Below, piece after piece: positions 8,411 through 17,243 of a DNA stretch of 64,000 bases; position 1 is the stretch's first letter, and each line of letters opens with the position of its first letter. The position numbers were made by a program, and so were the translations under genes. Under the pieces are notes generated by a model. The model did not search any database and was not told where the DNA came from. It was given only the letters and a program-made list of their open reading frames with translations. The stretch comes from Candidatus Woesebacteria bacterium (GTDB lineage Bacteria > Patescibacteriota > Microgenomatia > UBA8517): assembly GCA_963716475.1 (NCBI GenBank), contig OY970314.1, positions 854,508 to 918,507 on the forward strand, given 5' to 3'.

Positions 8411-10153
8411 ATGCCTATGCTATACAAATTTTCAATTTTCAGTTTTCAATTTTTCAATAAGTTTAAATTTTTATTGTTTGGAATTCTGATATTGTTTGGG
8501 ATTTGTTTTTTGAAGTATGGTTCCTTAACGAAAGCTCAGGAGTGCCCTGCAACCGATTATCAGTGCCAAATTGACGCTATTCAAAGAAGTATCGACGCCC
8601 TTTCCCCCGCCCAGCAAAAAAACAAGGAAGACCTGGCAGCTCTTAATAAGCAGCTTGCCGATTTAAATTCCAGAATTACAAAATTGACCTCGCAACTTAA
8701 AGTTCTTGAGAATCAAATAGTAGGAAGGGAAGAAGACTTGGCTTTTACAAAGGAAATTTTTGATGAGAAAGCTAAAGAACACTATACATTTTTGAGACTT
8801 TATGACCCGATTACCCCCTTTCTTTTTTCGGATACCGCGTCACAAGCCTTTCAGGAAATAACTCTCAGACAAAGAGCGGCTGATCAGGACAGAAAGACAA
8901 TGGAACAATACGCTGCCGATTTGTCAACGCTAAATTCTGACAAAGAAACCTTAACAAAAAATAAGACCAGTCTTTCCTCACTTCAGTCGCAGGTCGCCGA
9001 GAAGCAAAAGTTTTTGGCAGGTGAGGTTGCAAAAGTGGATACGTACCTCTCCAGTTTGTCATCTAAACAGCAGGAACTTCAGGCGTTGAAGGAGGGTGGT
9101 TTTTCGACGACCGTCGGAGACGTTCCGGCATCGGCTGAGCCTTGTTCCGGCAAACCCGGATCGTCAAATTTCTGTGATCCGGGATTTAGACCCGCATTTG
9201 CCGCTTTTTCCTACGGGGCGCCACATAGAAAAGGCATGAGTCAGTACGGTGCTTACGGGAGAGCCAAGTCGGGTCAGTCTGCTGAGGATATACTCCACGC
9301 CTACTATGGAGGGATAGAGATTAAGAAGGACTATGCGACCAATATAAATATCAAGGTCCAGGGTTATGGGACTGTTGATATCGAGACGTATGTAAAGCGT
9401 ATTTATGAGATGCCGGCAAGTTGGACTGACCACGATTCGGCTGCGCTTAAGGCTCAGGCGGTTGCCGCCAGAAGCTACGCCCTGGCCTACACGAATAATG
9501 GTGCGAATTCTATTTGTGCAACAGAAGCTTGTCAGGTATATAAACCGGTAAATAAAGGCGGTGCTTGGGATGCGGCGGTAGATGCCACGAAGGGATGGGT
9601 TTTGGTTTCGGGAGGAGCACCTTTTTCGGCATGGTATGCTTCCACAGCAGGGGGTTATACATTTAGCTATTCAGCTCAGGGCTACACTACTCCTAACTTT
9701 TGGGATACTCCGGGGGGACAGGGCGGTTGGCCCAATAGCGCCTACGAGATTGCCGGCGGTTCTCCGTGGTTTTATAAAGGCTGGTTTAAGAGTAGGTCCG
9801 GGGCTTCCTGTGGAAGATCAAACCCGTGGCTAACCTCAACCGAGATGGCGGACATTTTGAATGCCAGATATGTCCTTGATGGAAACGGAGACGTGAGTCG
9901 CATCTCGCCTGTGGGAGACTGCTGGGGGGGCAATCCCTATTCGGTATCTGATTTGCAGGGAATTGGCGGATATAGTTCGGTTTCGGGTGTATCTGTCGTA
10001 TATGGAAATGACGGGTCTACTTCAAGCGTTACTTTTTCGACAAATAAGGGTACTGTAAATCTTACCGGTTCTAAATTTAAGGAAGCCTTCAATCTTAGGG
10101 CTCCCGGATACATCGGACTGAAAAGTTCGTTATTCAATATAGAGAAGCTCTGA
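8411..10153 (+). CDS. SpoIID/LytB-domain protein (putative lytic transglycosylase) with N-terminal signal peptide and coiled-coil region
   Basis: C-terminal domain with FSYGAPHRKGMSQYGAYG and MPASWTDHDSAALKAQAVAARSYAL, matching SpoIID/LytB signature blocks. The N-terminal ~200 aa are heptad/coiled-coil-like (QLADLNSRITKLTSQLKVLENQ...). The start is trimmed to MPMLYKF after the promoter. The ORF track starts at 8324. Confidence 0.6.
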   Translation: MPMLYKFSIFSFQFFNKFKFLLFGILILFGICFLKYGSLTKAQECPATDYQCQIDAIQRSIDALSPAQQKNKEDLAALNKQLADLNSRITKLTSQLKVLENQIVGREEDLAFTKEIFDEKAKEHYTFLRLYDPITPFLFSDTASQAFQEITLRQRAADQDRKTMEQYAADLSTLNSDKETLTKNKTSLSSLQSQVAEKQKFLAGEVAKVDTYLSSLSSKQQELQALKEGGFSTTVGDVPASAEPCSGKPGSSNFCDPGFRPAFAAFSYGAPHRKGMSQYGAYGRAKSGQSAEDILHAYYGGIEIKKDYATNINIKVQGYGTVDIETYVKRIYEMPASWTDHDSAALKAQAVAARSYALAYTNNGANSICATEACQVYKPVNKGGAWDAAVDATKGWVLVSGGAPFSAWYASTAGGYTFSYSAQGYTTPNFWDTPGGQGGWPNSAYEIAGGSPWFYKGWFKSRSGASCGRSNPWLTSTEMADILNARYVLDGNGDVSRISPVGDCWGGNPYSVSDLQGIGGYSSVSGVSVVYGNDGSTSSVTFSTNKGTVNLTGSKFKEAFNLRAPGYIGLKSSLFNIEKL

Positions 10154-10202
10154 CACTCCGTGATTTCCACACTTCGTGACAGGTAAGCTCTAATAGGCAA
10201 AA

Positions 10203-10295
10203 TGTTATAACAAAAACAGGATTTTTGATATATCGCACGGGTGCGTTATAACAAAAAGGATTTTTGATATATCGCACGGGTGCGTTATAATCATC
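10203..10295 (+). repeat. Tandem ~40-bp direct repeat (2.3 copies), each carrying a -35/-10-like promoter and an operator half-palindrome
   Basis: The unit GTTATAACAAAAA(C)AGGATTTTTGATATATCGCACGGGTGC occurs twice, followed by GTTATAATCATCC. Each unit reads as TTGATA-N16-TATAAC, and the last copy reads TATAAT. Each unit embeds ATATCGCAC-GG-GTGCGTTAT. Confidence 0.6.
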
Positions 10296-10300
10296 CTAGA

Positions 10301-10876
10301 ATGCCTGACATATTTATTTCCCCTGATGAGTCGGGAAAAGGAGTCCTCGGTAAAAGTTTCTCCGCATTTTCCCTTTATCCGAGCGGTGTCGATTTTGAAA
10401 CCAGAGAAGACAAAGAAAAGATAATTCTTATGCTCCGGCAGCACCCGATTGTTAATGTTAGATGGATTTCTATGACAATCTTGCTTTTGACCGGTCCGTC
10501 GGTTCTGGGCCTTTTGGGAGTTTTTTCACTTCTTCCTGTGGGTTTTTCCCTTGTTATTACATTGGCATGGTATTTATTTACAAGCGCGTACGCAATCGAA
10601 AATTTCTTAAGTTGGTACTTCAATGTTTATTTCATAACGACAGAGGGGATAATCGATGTCGATTTTTTTAACTTGCTTGATAAAAGAGTGTCGGAAGCGG
10701 AGCTTGGCAGAATTCAGGATGTAAGTTATTCAACAAACGGAGCGTTGGGAACGACGCTGAATTTTGGTGATGTCCGGATCCAGACGGCAGCGGAAATACC
10801 GGAATTTAAGTTTGAGCTGGTACCAAATCCGGAAAAGGTGGCAAAAATTTTGGATGATTTGATAGACAAACATTAA
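10301..10876 (+). CDS. Membrane protein with bacterial PH (bPH_2/YdbT-like) domain
   Basis: Two TM helices, then IIDVDFFNLLDKRVSEAELGRIQDVSYSTNGALGTTLNFGDVRIQTA, typical of the membrane-flanked bPH_2 domain. The start is trimmed to MPDIFISP. The track ORF at 10280 would include the TATAAT box. Confidence 0.5.
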   Translation: MPDIFISPDESGKGVLGKSFSAFSLYPSGVDFETREDKEKIILMLRQHPIVNVRWISMTILLLTGPSVLGLLGVFSLLPVGFSLVITLAWYLFTSAYAIENFLSWYFNVYFITTEGIIDVDFFNLLDKRVSEAELGRIQDVSYSTNGALGTTLNFGDVRIQTAAEIPEFKFELVPNPEKVAKILDDLIDKH

Positions 10877-10877
10877 G

Positions 10878-11102
10878 GTGGAAAACATACTAACAAGTGG
10901 TTTTAATACTTGGATTTTGATAAAAGCACTTGCATTGGTGATTCTGGGGATGTATCTTATCTTTGCCTTTTTGATTACGCGGCAGGTAAAGCTTATGACG
11001 AGTACTTTGCGTTTGGGTTTTGATGCGCTTGCCAAGATTTTATCTTATCTCCATTTAGCTTTCGCAGTTTTAGTTTTTTTGGCTGCCTTGATAATTCTTT
11101 AG
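10878..11102 (+). CDS. Small membrane protein (2 TM), hypothetical
   Basis: 74-aa hydrophobic protein immediately after the bPH gene. Confidence 0.4.
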   Translation: MENILTSGFNTWILIKALALVILGMYLIFAFLITRQVKLMTSTLRLGFDALAKILSYLHLAFAVLVFLAALIIL

Positions 11103-11105
11103 ATA

Positions 11106-13001
11106 ATGTTAGAAATAATTAGTGCAAAAGTGACGGCCGCTCCGGGAGCCTCTGGGTGGGCACAGGTCCATGAGTTTACTTCGGATGACCCCGAACGTAG
11201 GCGCGTAAGAGGAAAACTTATCGCCGTTATTGCTACCAATAAAGCGGAAGAAGGGATTGATACAATCACATCCGGCAGGGAGATAATTAGCCGACTTCAC
11301 GAGGAGTACTTCGGCCCAAATGAGGGGAATCCTTTTGATTTATTGAGAGATGCTACCCAAAAAGTGGCGGATGAATTTGGAGAAGGCAAGGGAGAAGTAG
11401 AAATTGCGGCCTGCGCATTTGTTGAGGGAGTAATCTATTCGACAGCTTCGGGCGGAGCTCGGGTAATGATCTCCCGTGATAGCGCACTCGCTACCATCTT
11501 GGTAAGTGAAGATCGCGTTATTACAGCCTCGGGTTATCCAAAAGAAGGAGATCTTATGCTTCTTGCAACCAAAGCTTTTTTCCAAATGGTTTCCGCCGGT
11601 GTAGTAAAAACTGCTCTTGCAACGGGAAGTCCGGAGGCAGCAGCGGAAACATTTAATCCAATAATTCACGGAGCGGCAGGAAGCGGAAATGTCGGCGCGG
11701 TGGTTATGAAATTTAATAAAGAAAATGAAGCATTCAATTCTCGGGAAGCTGTTCAGTCCGAAGATCAAAAAGAAAAATTACCGGCTTCTCCCAAAGACAA
11801 GCCGGTAAATATTATCAGGCAAAGAGCAAGGGCCTTGTTTAGTAAATTTAGAAGTAAAATCCCGGAAAGAAGCATATATATAAAGTCCGGTATGGGAGAT
11901 GAGGTTACATCGCAGAGCAAAAAAATGACTTTTTCCGCCGGGGTGATCCTCCTTGTGATTCTTGTTATAAGTATTGGATTTGGCATAAGGCAGAAAAGCA
12001 TTAATGATTTAAAGAAGAAATATCAGGGAATTCTTCAAATTGCCCAAAGTGATGTCGATCAGGCAATCGCACTTGCCAGTGTAAGTCCGGACAAGTCCAG
12101 AGAACTGTTTATTGACAGCGAACAAAAGTTGAAACAGATTCAGGATCTTAAGGTTACGGACACTAAAGTTAATGATTTGCAAAAAAAGATTGAAGAGAGC
12201 AAAGGGGCAATACTCGGGGAGTACGACGGCACACCAACCCTCTTTCTTGATTTAAGTCTGCTTTCATCCGGATTTACGGGGGATGCTATTTCGGCTTCCG
12301 GAGGGAATATCTACATTCTTGATAAATCGGGGAAAAGAGTTGTAAGTGTTGGGGTAGATACCAAAAAAAGTAAGGTTGTAGCGGGACCTTCTGTAATTGA
12401 CAATGCGGCAGACCTTGCTGCCTATCAGGATACGGCTTATATTCTGGCTACAGACGGAATTTACCAAGTGGGTTTAGCTAAAACCAAGGTGATAGATAAA
12501 ACTTGGGCCGGGGACGCCCTGATTTCCGCTTTTGCCGGGAATATGTATGTTCTTGATAAAACTGGGAACCAGGTTTACAGATATTCGGGCCAAACCGGGG
12601 GTACATTTGGCCCGCAACAAAAATGGCTTTCGGCGTCAACTACGGCGAATTTCTCCGGTGCGGTCGCCTGGGGATTGGATGGAGCAGTTTATGTTTTATA
12701 CCCAAATTCCAGAGTACTTAAATATAGCCTTGGCTCCCCCCAGAACTTTTCAATTTCCGGGGTGCTACCCGAAATCGGCAATATTGATGCAATTTACGCC
12801 GATCCGGATAATCAAGACATTTATCTTTTGGACAAAGCCGGGAAACGCGTTGTCGCCATAGATAAAAAAGGGAATTACAAAGCCCAATATACAGACGATC
12901 AAATAGCCGCTGCTAAAAGTCTGGTGGTTTCAGAAGCACAAAAAGAAATAATACTTCTTACCGGAGACAAACTCCTCTCGATCGAGATCCGACACCTTTG
13001 A
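11106..13001 (+). CDS. Single-pass membrane protein with a cytoplasmic N-domain (possibly degenerate PP2C-like) and C-terminal beta-propeller-like repeats
   Basis: 631 aa with a TM at about residues 265-290 (FSAGVILLVILVISIGFGI). The C-terminus repeats GNIYILDKSGKRVVSV / NMYVLDKTGNQVYRY / DIYLLDKAGKRVVAID. The N-domain assignment is weak. Confidence 0.3.
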   Translation: MLEIISAKVTAAPGASGWAQVHEFTSDDPERRRVRGKLIAVIATNKAEEGIDTITSGREIISRLHEEYFGPNEGNPFDLLRDATQKVADEFGEGKGEVEIAACAFVEGVIYSTASGGARVMISRDSALATILVSEDRVITASGYPKEGDLMLLATKAFFQMVSAGVVKTALATGSPEAAAETFNPIIHGAAGSGNVGAVVMKFNKENEAFNSREAVQSEDQKEKLPASPKDKPVNIIRQRARALFSKFRSKIPERSIYIKSGMGDEVTSQSKKMTFSAGVILLVILVISIGFGIRQKSINDLKKKYQGILQIAQSDVDQAIALASVSPDKSRELFIDSEQKLKQIQDLKVTDTKVNDLQKKIEESKGAILGEYDGTPTLFLDLSLLSSGFTGDAISASGGNIYILDKSGKRVVSVGVDTKKSKVVAGPSVIDNAADLAAYQDTAYILATDGIYQVGLAKTKVIDKTWAGDALISAFAGNMYVLDKTGNQVYRYSGQTGGTFGPQQKWLSASTTANFSGAVAWGLDGAVYVLYPNSRVLKYSLGSPQNFSISGVLPEIGNIDAIYADPDNQDIYLLDKAGKRVVAIDKKGNYKAQYTDDQIAAAKSLVVSEAQKEIILLTGDKLLSIEIRHL

Positions 13002-13018
13002 TGTTAGAATAGGGTAAG

Positions 13019-13453
13019 ATGAAAATCTTTAACAAGAAAGCCAGATTTGAATACGAGCTATCGGGGGAAGGAGTTGAGGCCGGTGTCTCCCTTTTGGGAG
13101 CTGAGGCTAAGTCCGTACGTGAGGGAAGAGCAGACATTTCCCAGGCTGCAGTCAGAGTATTAGGTAATGAGGCTTATTTAATCAATGCCAATATCCCCGC
13201 CTTAGGTATCCAAAAATACAATTCGACTAGGATGAGAAAGCTCCTAATGCATAGGGGGGAAATTCTTTCACTGGTAACAAAAATGAAGCAAAAAAAGTTG
13301 CAAATCGTGCCTGTTCGGGTGTACAATAAGGGTCGCTTAATTAAACTCTATCTTGAGCTTGGAAAGGCCAAGCGTAAGTTTGAAAAGAAAGAGGCTCTTA
13401 AGCGCCACGACATAAACCGAGACATAGAAAAGGCAATGAAAGGTTCGATTTAA
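13019..13453 (+). CDS. smpB: SsrA-binding protein SmpB
   Basis: 144 aa with ARFEYELSGEGVEAGVSLLGAEAKSVREGRADISQAAV...RMRKLLMHRGEI...KGRLIKLYLELGKAKRKFEKKE, the canonical SmpB signature. tmRNA lies immediately downstream. Confidence 0.9.
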   Translation: MKIFNKKARFEYELSGEGVEAGVSLLGAEAKSVREGRADISQAAVRVLGNEAYLINANIPALGIQKYNSTRMRKLLMHRGEILSLVTKMKQKKLQIVPVRVYNKGRLIKLYLELGKAKRKFEKKEALKRHDINRDIEKAMKGSI

Positions 13454-13456
13454 GTC

Positions 13457-13822
13457 GGGGACGATCGGTTTCGACGGAAAGCTCTTTACAATACTGCAGG
13501 CAGACTTTGATCCTACGTCTTAATATTAGGGTTAAAAAATAAAAGCTAGGAATTTATTCCAAGCTCAACCTAGGTACGCGCAAGCGTTTGCCTAAGTTGC
13601 ATCCTGAGACCTGATTCTCGATCGGATCAACTGGGTGTAAACCATTCGAGATGCTACCTAGACTTTAATGATTTAAAGGTTTAGGTAAAAGACAAATAAA
13701 TCTTACCTTGAAATTTCTTGTTGGCTAGATAAGTTCAGGGAAAATTCAAAAACCAAATAAGCTTGTAGAAGTGTTGTTTGAAGTATTTTCGGACGCGGGT
13801 TCGATTCCCGCCGTCTCCACCA
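13457..13822 (+). ncRNA. ssrA: tmRNA (ssrA)
   Basis: The 5' end is GGGGACGATCGGTTTCGACGG. The 3' tRNA-like end is GGACGCGGGTTCGATTCCCGCCGTCTCCACCA. The candidate tag frame GCT...GCC TAA at about 13545-13595 would encode ARNLFQAQPRYAQAFA*, or AQPRYAQAFA* from a later resume codon. Confidence 0.85.
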
Positions 13823-13850
13823 AACCCACTAGAAATTAGTGGGTTTTTTG
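13823..13850 (+). terminator. Rho-independent terminator after ssrA
   Basis: AAACCCACTagaaattAGTGGGTTTTTTGG hairpin followed by a T-run. Confidence 0.7.
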
Positions 13851-13865
13851 GTGTCATAATAATTT

Positions 13866-14540
13866 ATGGGATTACTTGATCTTGTTTTCCCTAAAACCTG
13901 TCTTGGCTGCGGGCGTGGTGGTGCTTATATCTGTCCGGATTGTCTTGCCGGGGTAAGACCGGCACAGCCGATTTGTCCATACTGTGAAAGGGCATCAATC
14001 GACGGGGTGACCCATATAAAATGTCAAAAAAAGCTTGGCCTGGATGGCCTTATCTCAATTTGGGAGTATGAGGGAGTAATCAGGAAAGCTATTTTGGCAT
14101 TGAAGTATAAATATGTCACCCTGATCGGACAGGAACTATCCGGCTGTTTTTTATCAGAAATTCAATCCCAAAACACCAGATACTACATCCCAAATACCGG
14201 CGTCATGGTTCCTATTCCTATTTATTGGCATCGTCAGAATGTCAGAGGTTTCAATCAGTCAATTGAGGTGGGAAAATCTGTTGCCGGGGAAATGGGTTGG
14301 GAATTTCTGCCGGATTTACTTATCAAGAAACAGCCGACGGTGTCTCAGGCTGAACTAAAGGGGGACGAAAGACGCCAAAACCTCAAGGGTGTTTTTGCTC
14401 TGGGTTCCAAATTACCGCTACCTGATTCCGTAATTCTTTTTGATGATGTTTTTACAACAGGTTCTACCCTCAGAGAGGCTGCAAAAGTCCTAAAAAGAGT
14501 CGGGGTGGGGAAAGTCTGGGGGCTAACCATCGCAAGGTAG
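13866..14540 (+). CDS. comF: ComF family phosphoribosyltransferase-domain protein
   Basis: N-terminal double CxxC zinc finger (CLGCGRGG..CPDC...CPYC) and C-terminal PRTase motif VILFDDVFTTGSTLREAAKVLKRVG. Confidence 0.75.
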   Translation: MGLLDLVFPKTCLGCGRGGAYICPDCLAGVRPAQPICPYCERASIDGVTHIKCQKKLGLDGLISIWEYEGVIRKAILALKYKYVTLIGQELSGCFLSEIQSQNTRYYIPNTGVMVPIPIYWHRQNVRGFNQSIEVGKSVAGEMGWEFLPDLLIKKQPTVSQAELKGDERRQNLKGVFALGSKLPLPDSVILFDDVFTTGSTLREAAKVLKRVGVGKVWGLTIAR

Positions 14541-14571
14541 CCTGCGGTGGGTACAGGGGTCGAACCCTTTA

Positions 14572-14937
14572 TTAAACCCGATCTAGCACATTTTTTAATT
14601 GATTTTTGTCGAACGGTCTTACAGATCTTCGACCAGCAAAGCAGGTTTTGAACAAAAATTCTTTACCATTTGAACTTAAGACGTACAACCAATCGTATGC
14701 ATTTTCTTTTGATTTATTAACAACATATCCTTTAGAATTTGAATGGACTCTTCTAAGATCAACATCTTTCGTACTGGCGTATCTAACCTGTACTCTTTTA
14801 ATTTCTTTCGAAGTGTCAATTATGAGGTCATACGAAGCAGACTCTGTTAGCGGGATTGATACGTCGAAGCCAAGTTTCGTGAAGGATGCAACAGCCTGGG
14901 ATACAGCAATGTCACCCTTTCTTTGCGTGAGTCTCAT
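14572..14937 (-). CDS. Hypothetical protein, possibly PD-(D/E)XK nuclease-fold
   Basis: 121 aa. YDLIIDTSKEIKRVQVRY resembles a D..(D/E)xK core. No further support. Confidence 0.25.
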   Translation of the reverse strand: MRLTQRKGDIAVSQAVASFTKLGFDVSIPLTESASYDLIIDTSKEIKRVQVRYASTKDVDLRRVHSNSKGYVVNKSKENAYDWLYVLSSNGKEFLFKTCFAGRRSVRPFDKNQLKNVLDRV

Positions 14938-14979
14938 AATTAATTTTACCGGTATGGGTGACCTGCTGTCAATTTTTTG

Positions 14980-15067
14980 CGGTGAGGGTGGGATTCGAAC
15001 CCACGGTAAGGAAGATCCCTACATTAGTTTTCAAGACTAACGCCATCGTCCACTCGGCCACCTCACC
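14980..15067 (-). tRNA. tRNA-Ser (anticodon TGA)
   Basis: Reverse complement GGTGAGGTGGCCGAGTGGACGATGGCGTTAGTCTTGAAAACTAATGTAGGGATCTTCCTTACCGTGGGTTCGAATCCCACCCTCACCG. Long variable arm. Anticodon loop CTTGAAA. Confidence 0.8.
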
Positions 15068-15156
15068 TGGGCGGAGGATGAGGGAGTCGAACCCACCGGC
15101 CACTTACGTGACCAAGGTTTAGCAAACCTTCGCCTTAGCCGCTCGGCATATCCTCC
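15068..15156 (-). tRNA. tRNA-Ser (anticodon GCT), CCA encoded
   Basis: Reverse complement GGAGGATATGCCGAGCGGCTAAGGCGAAGGTTTGCTAAACCTT...GGTGGGTTCGACTCCCTCATCCTCCGCCA. Anticodon loop TTGCTAA. Confidence 0.8.
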
Positions 15157-15182
15157 AAAAGGCAGTGCAATTATAACAGATT

Positions 15183-15761
15183 TTGAGGTATACTATGCGT
15201 GTCATGGATACTGCCAAAGGTCAAAAAACAGAGACAGAAAGCACTTTAAATGATGAACCGCAAGCCGTCGTTGTCAGGCGTGAGCCGGAACGGGATTTAG
15301 TTACCTGGATTGCTCCCGGAAGGCCTTTTAGAAGACGCGACAGGCAGTTTTATGTTACGACCTTTGCCATAGCCGGAATTGTCAGTCTGATTCTTTTTCT
15401 GGCCGAGGGGATAATGCCCGTTATTTTGATTATTTCTCTGGTATTTTTATACTACGTTCTTTCGACCGTTCAGCCGGATAATGTTGAATACAAAATAACC
15501 ACGAAAGGGATTAAAATCGCAGGCAAACTTACGGAGTGGCAATATCTGAACCGCTACTGGTTTTCGAAAAGGTTTGAGAGTGAGCTTATGATCGTTGATA
15601 CGGTTTTGCTTCCCGGCAGGATTGAATTTGTAATAAACCCGGAAGTTAAAGTGGAACTTAAAAAAGAGGTTTCTGCCTACATTCCGTATGAGGAGGTTCC
15701 TCCAGCCGCCCTGGATAAAATTACGAACTGGTTTGCAGCCAAGTTGCCGGGGAATAAATAA
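15183..15761 (+). CDS. Hypothetical membrane protein (2 TM)
   Basis: 192 aa with a central hydrophobic pair (FAIAGIVSLILFLAEGIMPVILIISLVFLYYVL). No recognisable motif. Confidence 0.4.
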   Translation: MRYTMRVMDTAKGQKTETESTLNDEPQAVVVRREPERDLVTWIAPGRPFRRRDRQFYVTTFAIAGIVSLILFLAEGIMPVILIISLVFLYYVLSTVQPDNVEYKITTKGIKIAGKLTEWQYLNRYWFSKRFESELMIVDTVLLPGRIEFVINPEVKVELKKEVSAYIPYEEVPPAALDKITNWFAAKLPGNK

Positions 15762-15833
15762 GCCCTCGTAGCTCAACGGATCGAGCACTGGTTTGCGGAA
15801 CCAATGATATCAGTTCAATTCTGATCGAGGGCA
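15762..15833 (+). tRNA. tRNA-Arg (anticodon read as GCG)
   Basis: GCCCTCGTAGCTCAACGGATCGAGCACTGGTTTGCGGAACCAATGATATCAGTTCAATTCTGATCGAGGGCA. Cloverleaf with loop TTGCGGA. Confidence 0.7.
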
Positions 15834-15863
15834 CTTGCGTAATATCTGGAGGTCTCGCAATTT

Positions 15864-15948
15864 GGAGGGTTCGCATAGCGGCCAATTGCACGAGTTTCGA
15901 AAACTCGAGGGAGTAATCCCTACACAGGTTCAAATCCTGTACCCTCCG
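15864..15948 (+). tRNA. tRNA-Ser (anticodon CGA)
   Basis: GGAGGGTTCGCATAGCGGCCAATTGCACGAGTTTCGAAAACTCGAGGGAGTAATCCCTACACAGGTTCAAATCCTGTACCCTCCG. Long variable arm. Confidence 0.8.
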
Positions 15949-16070
15949 CTCGTCGTAACTAAACATTGCTAACCGTTTCTCAAAACTAAAAGTTTTAGAA
16001 ACTAGCGCAAGTTTGTTACTCCTCTCGAAATTGCGGTGCAATTTCGTTTGGGAGCATAGACACAATAATC

Positions 16071-16523
16071 ATGAACAACAAGAATAATCAGCAAATAACA
16101 GTAGGGGGAGCGATAGTTTTTAGGGATAATCGTGGAAAACGTCAGTTTTTGCTTGTAAAAACAAAGGATGAAGGAGACTGGGAAATCCCCAAGGTTATCG
16201 TAAGAAAAGGCGAGTCATCTGTGCGTTCCGTAATCAGACTAACCGGGGAACAGGGAGGAATGACGGCCAGGGTGCTTGAGGAAGCTGGAAGAGCAACCGG
16301 AACGACTATTCTAAACGGTAAGTCCATTCCCCAGAAGTATTATTACTATATTATGCTTCAAAGAGGAGGGCCGAGCGAGCTTATCGGGTTCGCGGAATTT
16401 AAATGGCTGGAGTACGCGGAAGCGGTGAAAAGGGTAATCCTTAAAAGAGAGAAAGACATGTTTAAATTGGCGCGTGAGGTTTTAAAACAGTGGGAAAAAA
16501 CGCACAAAATCAAACTATATTAA
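16071..16523 (+). CDS. Nudix-fold protein with degenerate Nudix box
   Basis: 150 aa. GESSVRSVIRLTGEQGG only loosely matches Gx5Ex7REUxEExGU. Confidence 0.4.
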   Translation: MNNKNNQQITVGGAIVFRDNRGKRQFLLVKTKDEGDWEIPKVIVRKGESSVRSVIRLTGEQGGMTARVLEEAGRATGTTILNGKSIPQKYYYYIMLQRGGPSELIGFAEFKWLEYAEAVKRVILKREKDMFKLAREVLKQWEKTHKIKLY

Positions 16524-17011
16524 ACCGTGAGTTTTCTTCGGGTGGGGCCGTCTTCAGGGGTGATGAATGGTTGATAACAAGATCGTCTGCAAGCAAACTC
16601 TATCCTAAAGCAATTTGGAGACTTCCGAAAGGTTGGATCGATAATGTTACACCTGAAATTCCCGGACCAATGGCAAGCGGAAAGCTGAGGGCTGATGAAG
16701 AGTCGCTGCAAAAAGGTGCCCTGCGGGAAGTGAGAGAAGAAGGAGGAATTGAAGCTAAGATTGTTAAAAAGATCGGAACAGCGAAGTATTTTTTTAACGC
16801 GCCCGATAAAGGTAGAATCTTAAAGTTTGTTACATTTTATTTAATGGAATATGTAGGTGATTTACCGGAGGGTTATGATGAAGAAACATCCGAGATCGCC
16901 TGGTTGCCATTTGAAGAAGCCTATAAAAAACTTTCTTTCTCGGGTGAAAAGCAAATACTCAAAAAAGCGAAAGAACTTCTGGCCCCCGTAGCTCAACGGA
17001 TAAGCAAATAG
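16490..17011 (+). CDS. Nudix hydrolase
   Basis: Nudix box EESLQKGALREVREEGGI. The last ~9 codons (APVAQRISK*) are encoded by a tRNA-like 5' fragment. Confidence 0.65.
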   Translation: MGKNAQNQTILNREFSSGGAVFRGDEWLITRSSASKLYPKAIWRLPKGWIDNVTPEIPGPMASGKLRADEESLQKGALREVREEGGIEAKIVKKIGTAKYFFNAPDKGRILKFVTFYLMEYVGDLPEGYDEETSEIAWLPFEEAYKKLSFSGEKQILKKAKELLAPVAQRISK

Positions 17012-17047
17012 CTTGTCGGTTGTTCTACAGGTGCTCATTAGAAATTC

Positions 17048-17119
17048 GCCCCCGTAGCTCAACGGATAGAGTAGGAGTTTCCGGAACTTCTGATAGGTGT
17101 TCAATTCACCTCGGGGGCA
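17048..17119 (+). tRNA. tRNA-Arg (anticodon CCG)
   Basis: GCCCCCGTAGCTCAACGGATAGAGTAGGAGTTTCCGGAACTTCTGATAGGTGTTCAATTCACCTCGGGGGCA. Its first 21 nt are duplicated at about 16982-17002. Confidence 0.8.
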
Positions 17120-17243
17120 CACTCGGTACAGAATCAGTTATAATACAATTTCTGGAGGAGTCACATAAGTAAACTTCGCCCAATGGCGTAAGTCTACTCT
17201 TTGCTTTGCAAAGAGATCTTGGGTGACTTTTCTTTAAAATCTG

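Noticed and set aside
10205-10444. 79-aa minus-strand ORF with ITHPCDISKILF x2
   Set aside because: It is the translation of the tandem promoter repeat 10203-10295. It is not an independent gene.
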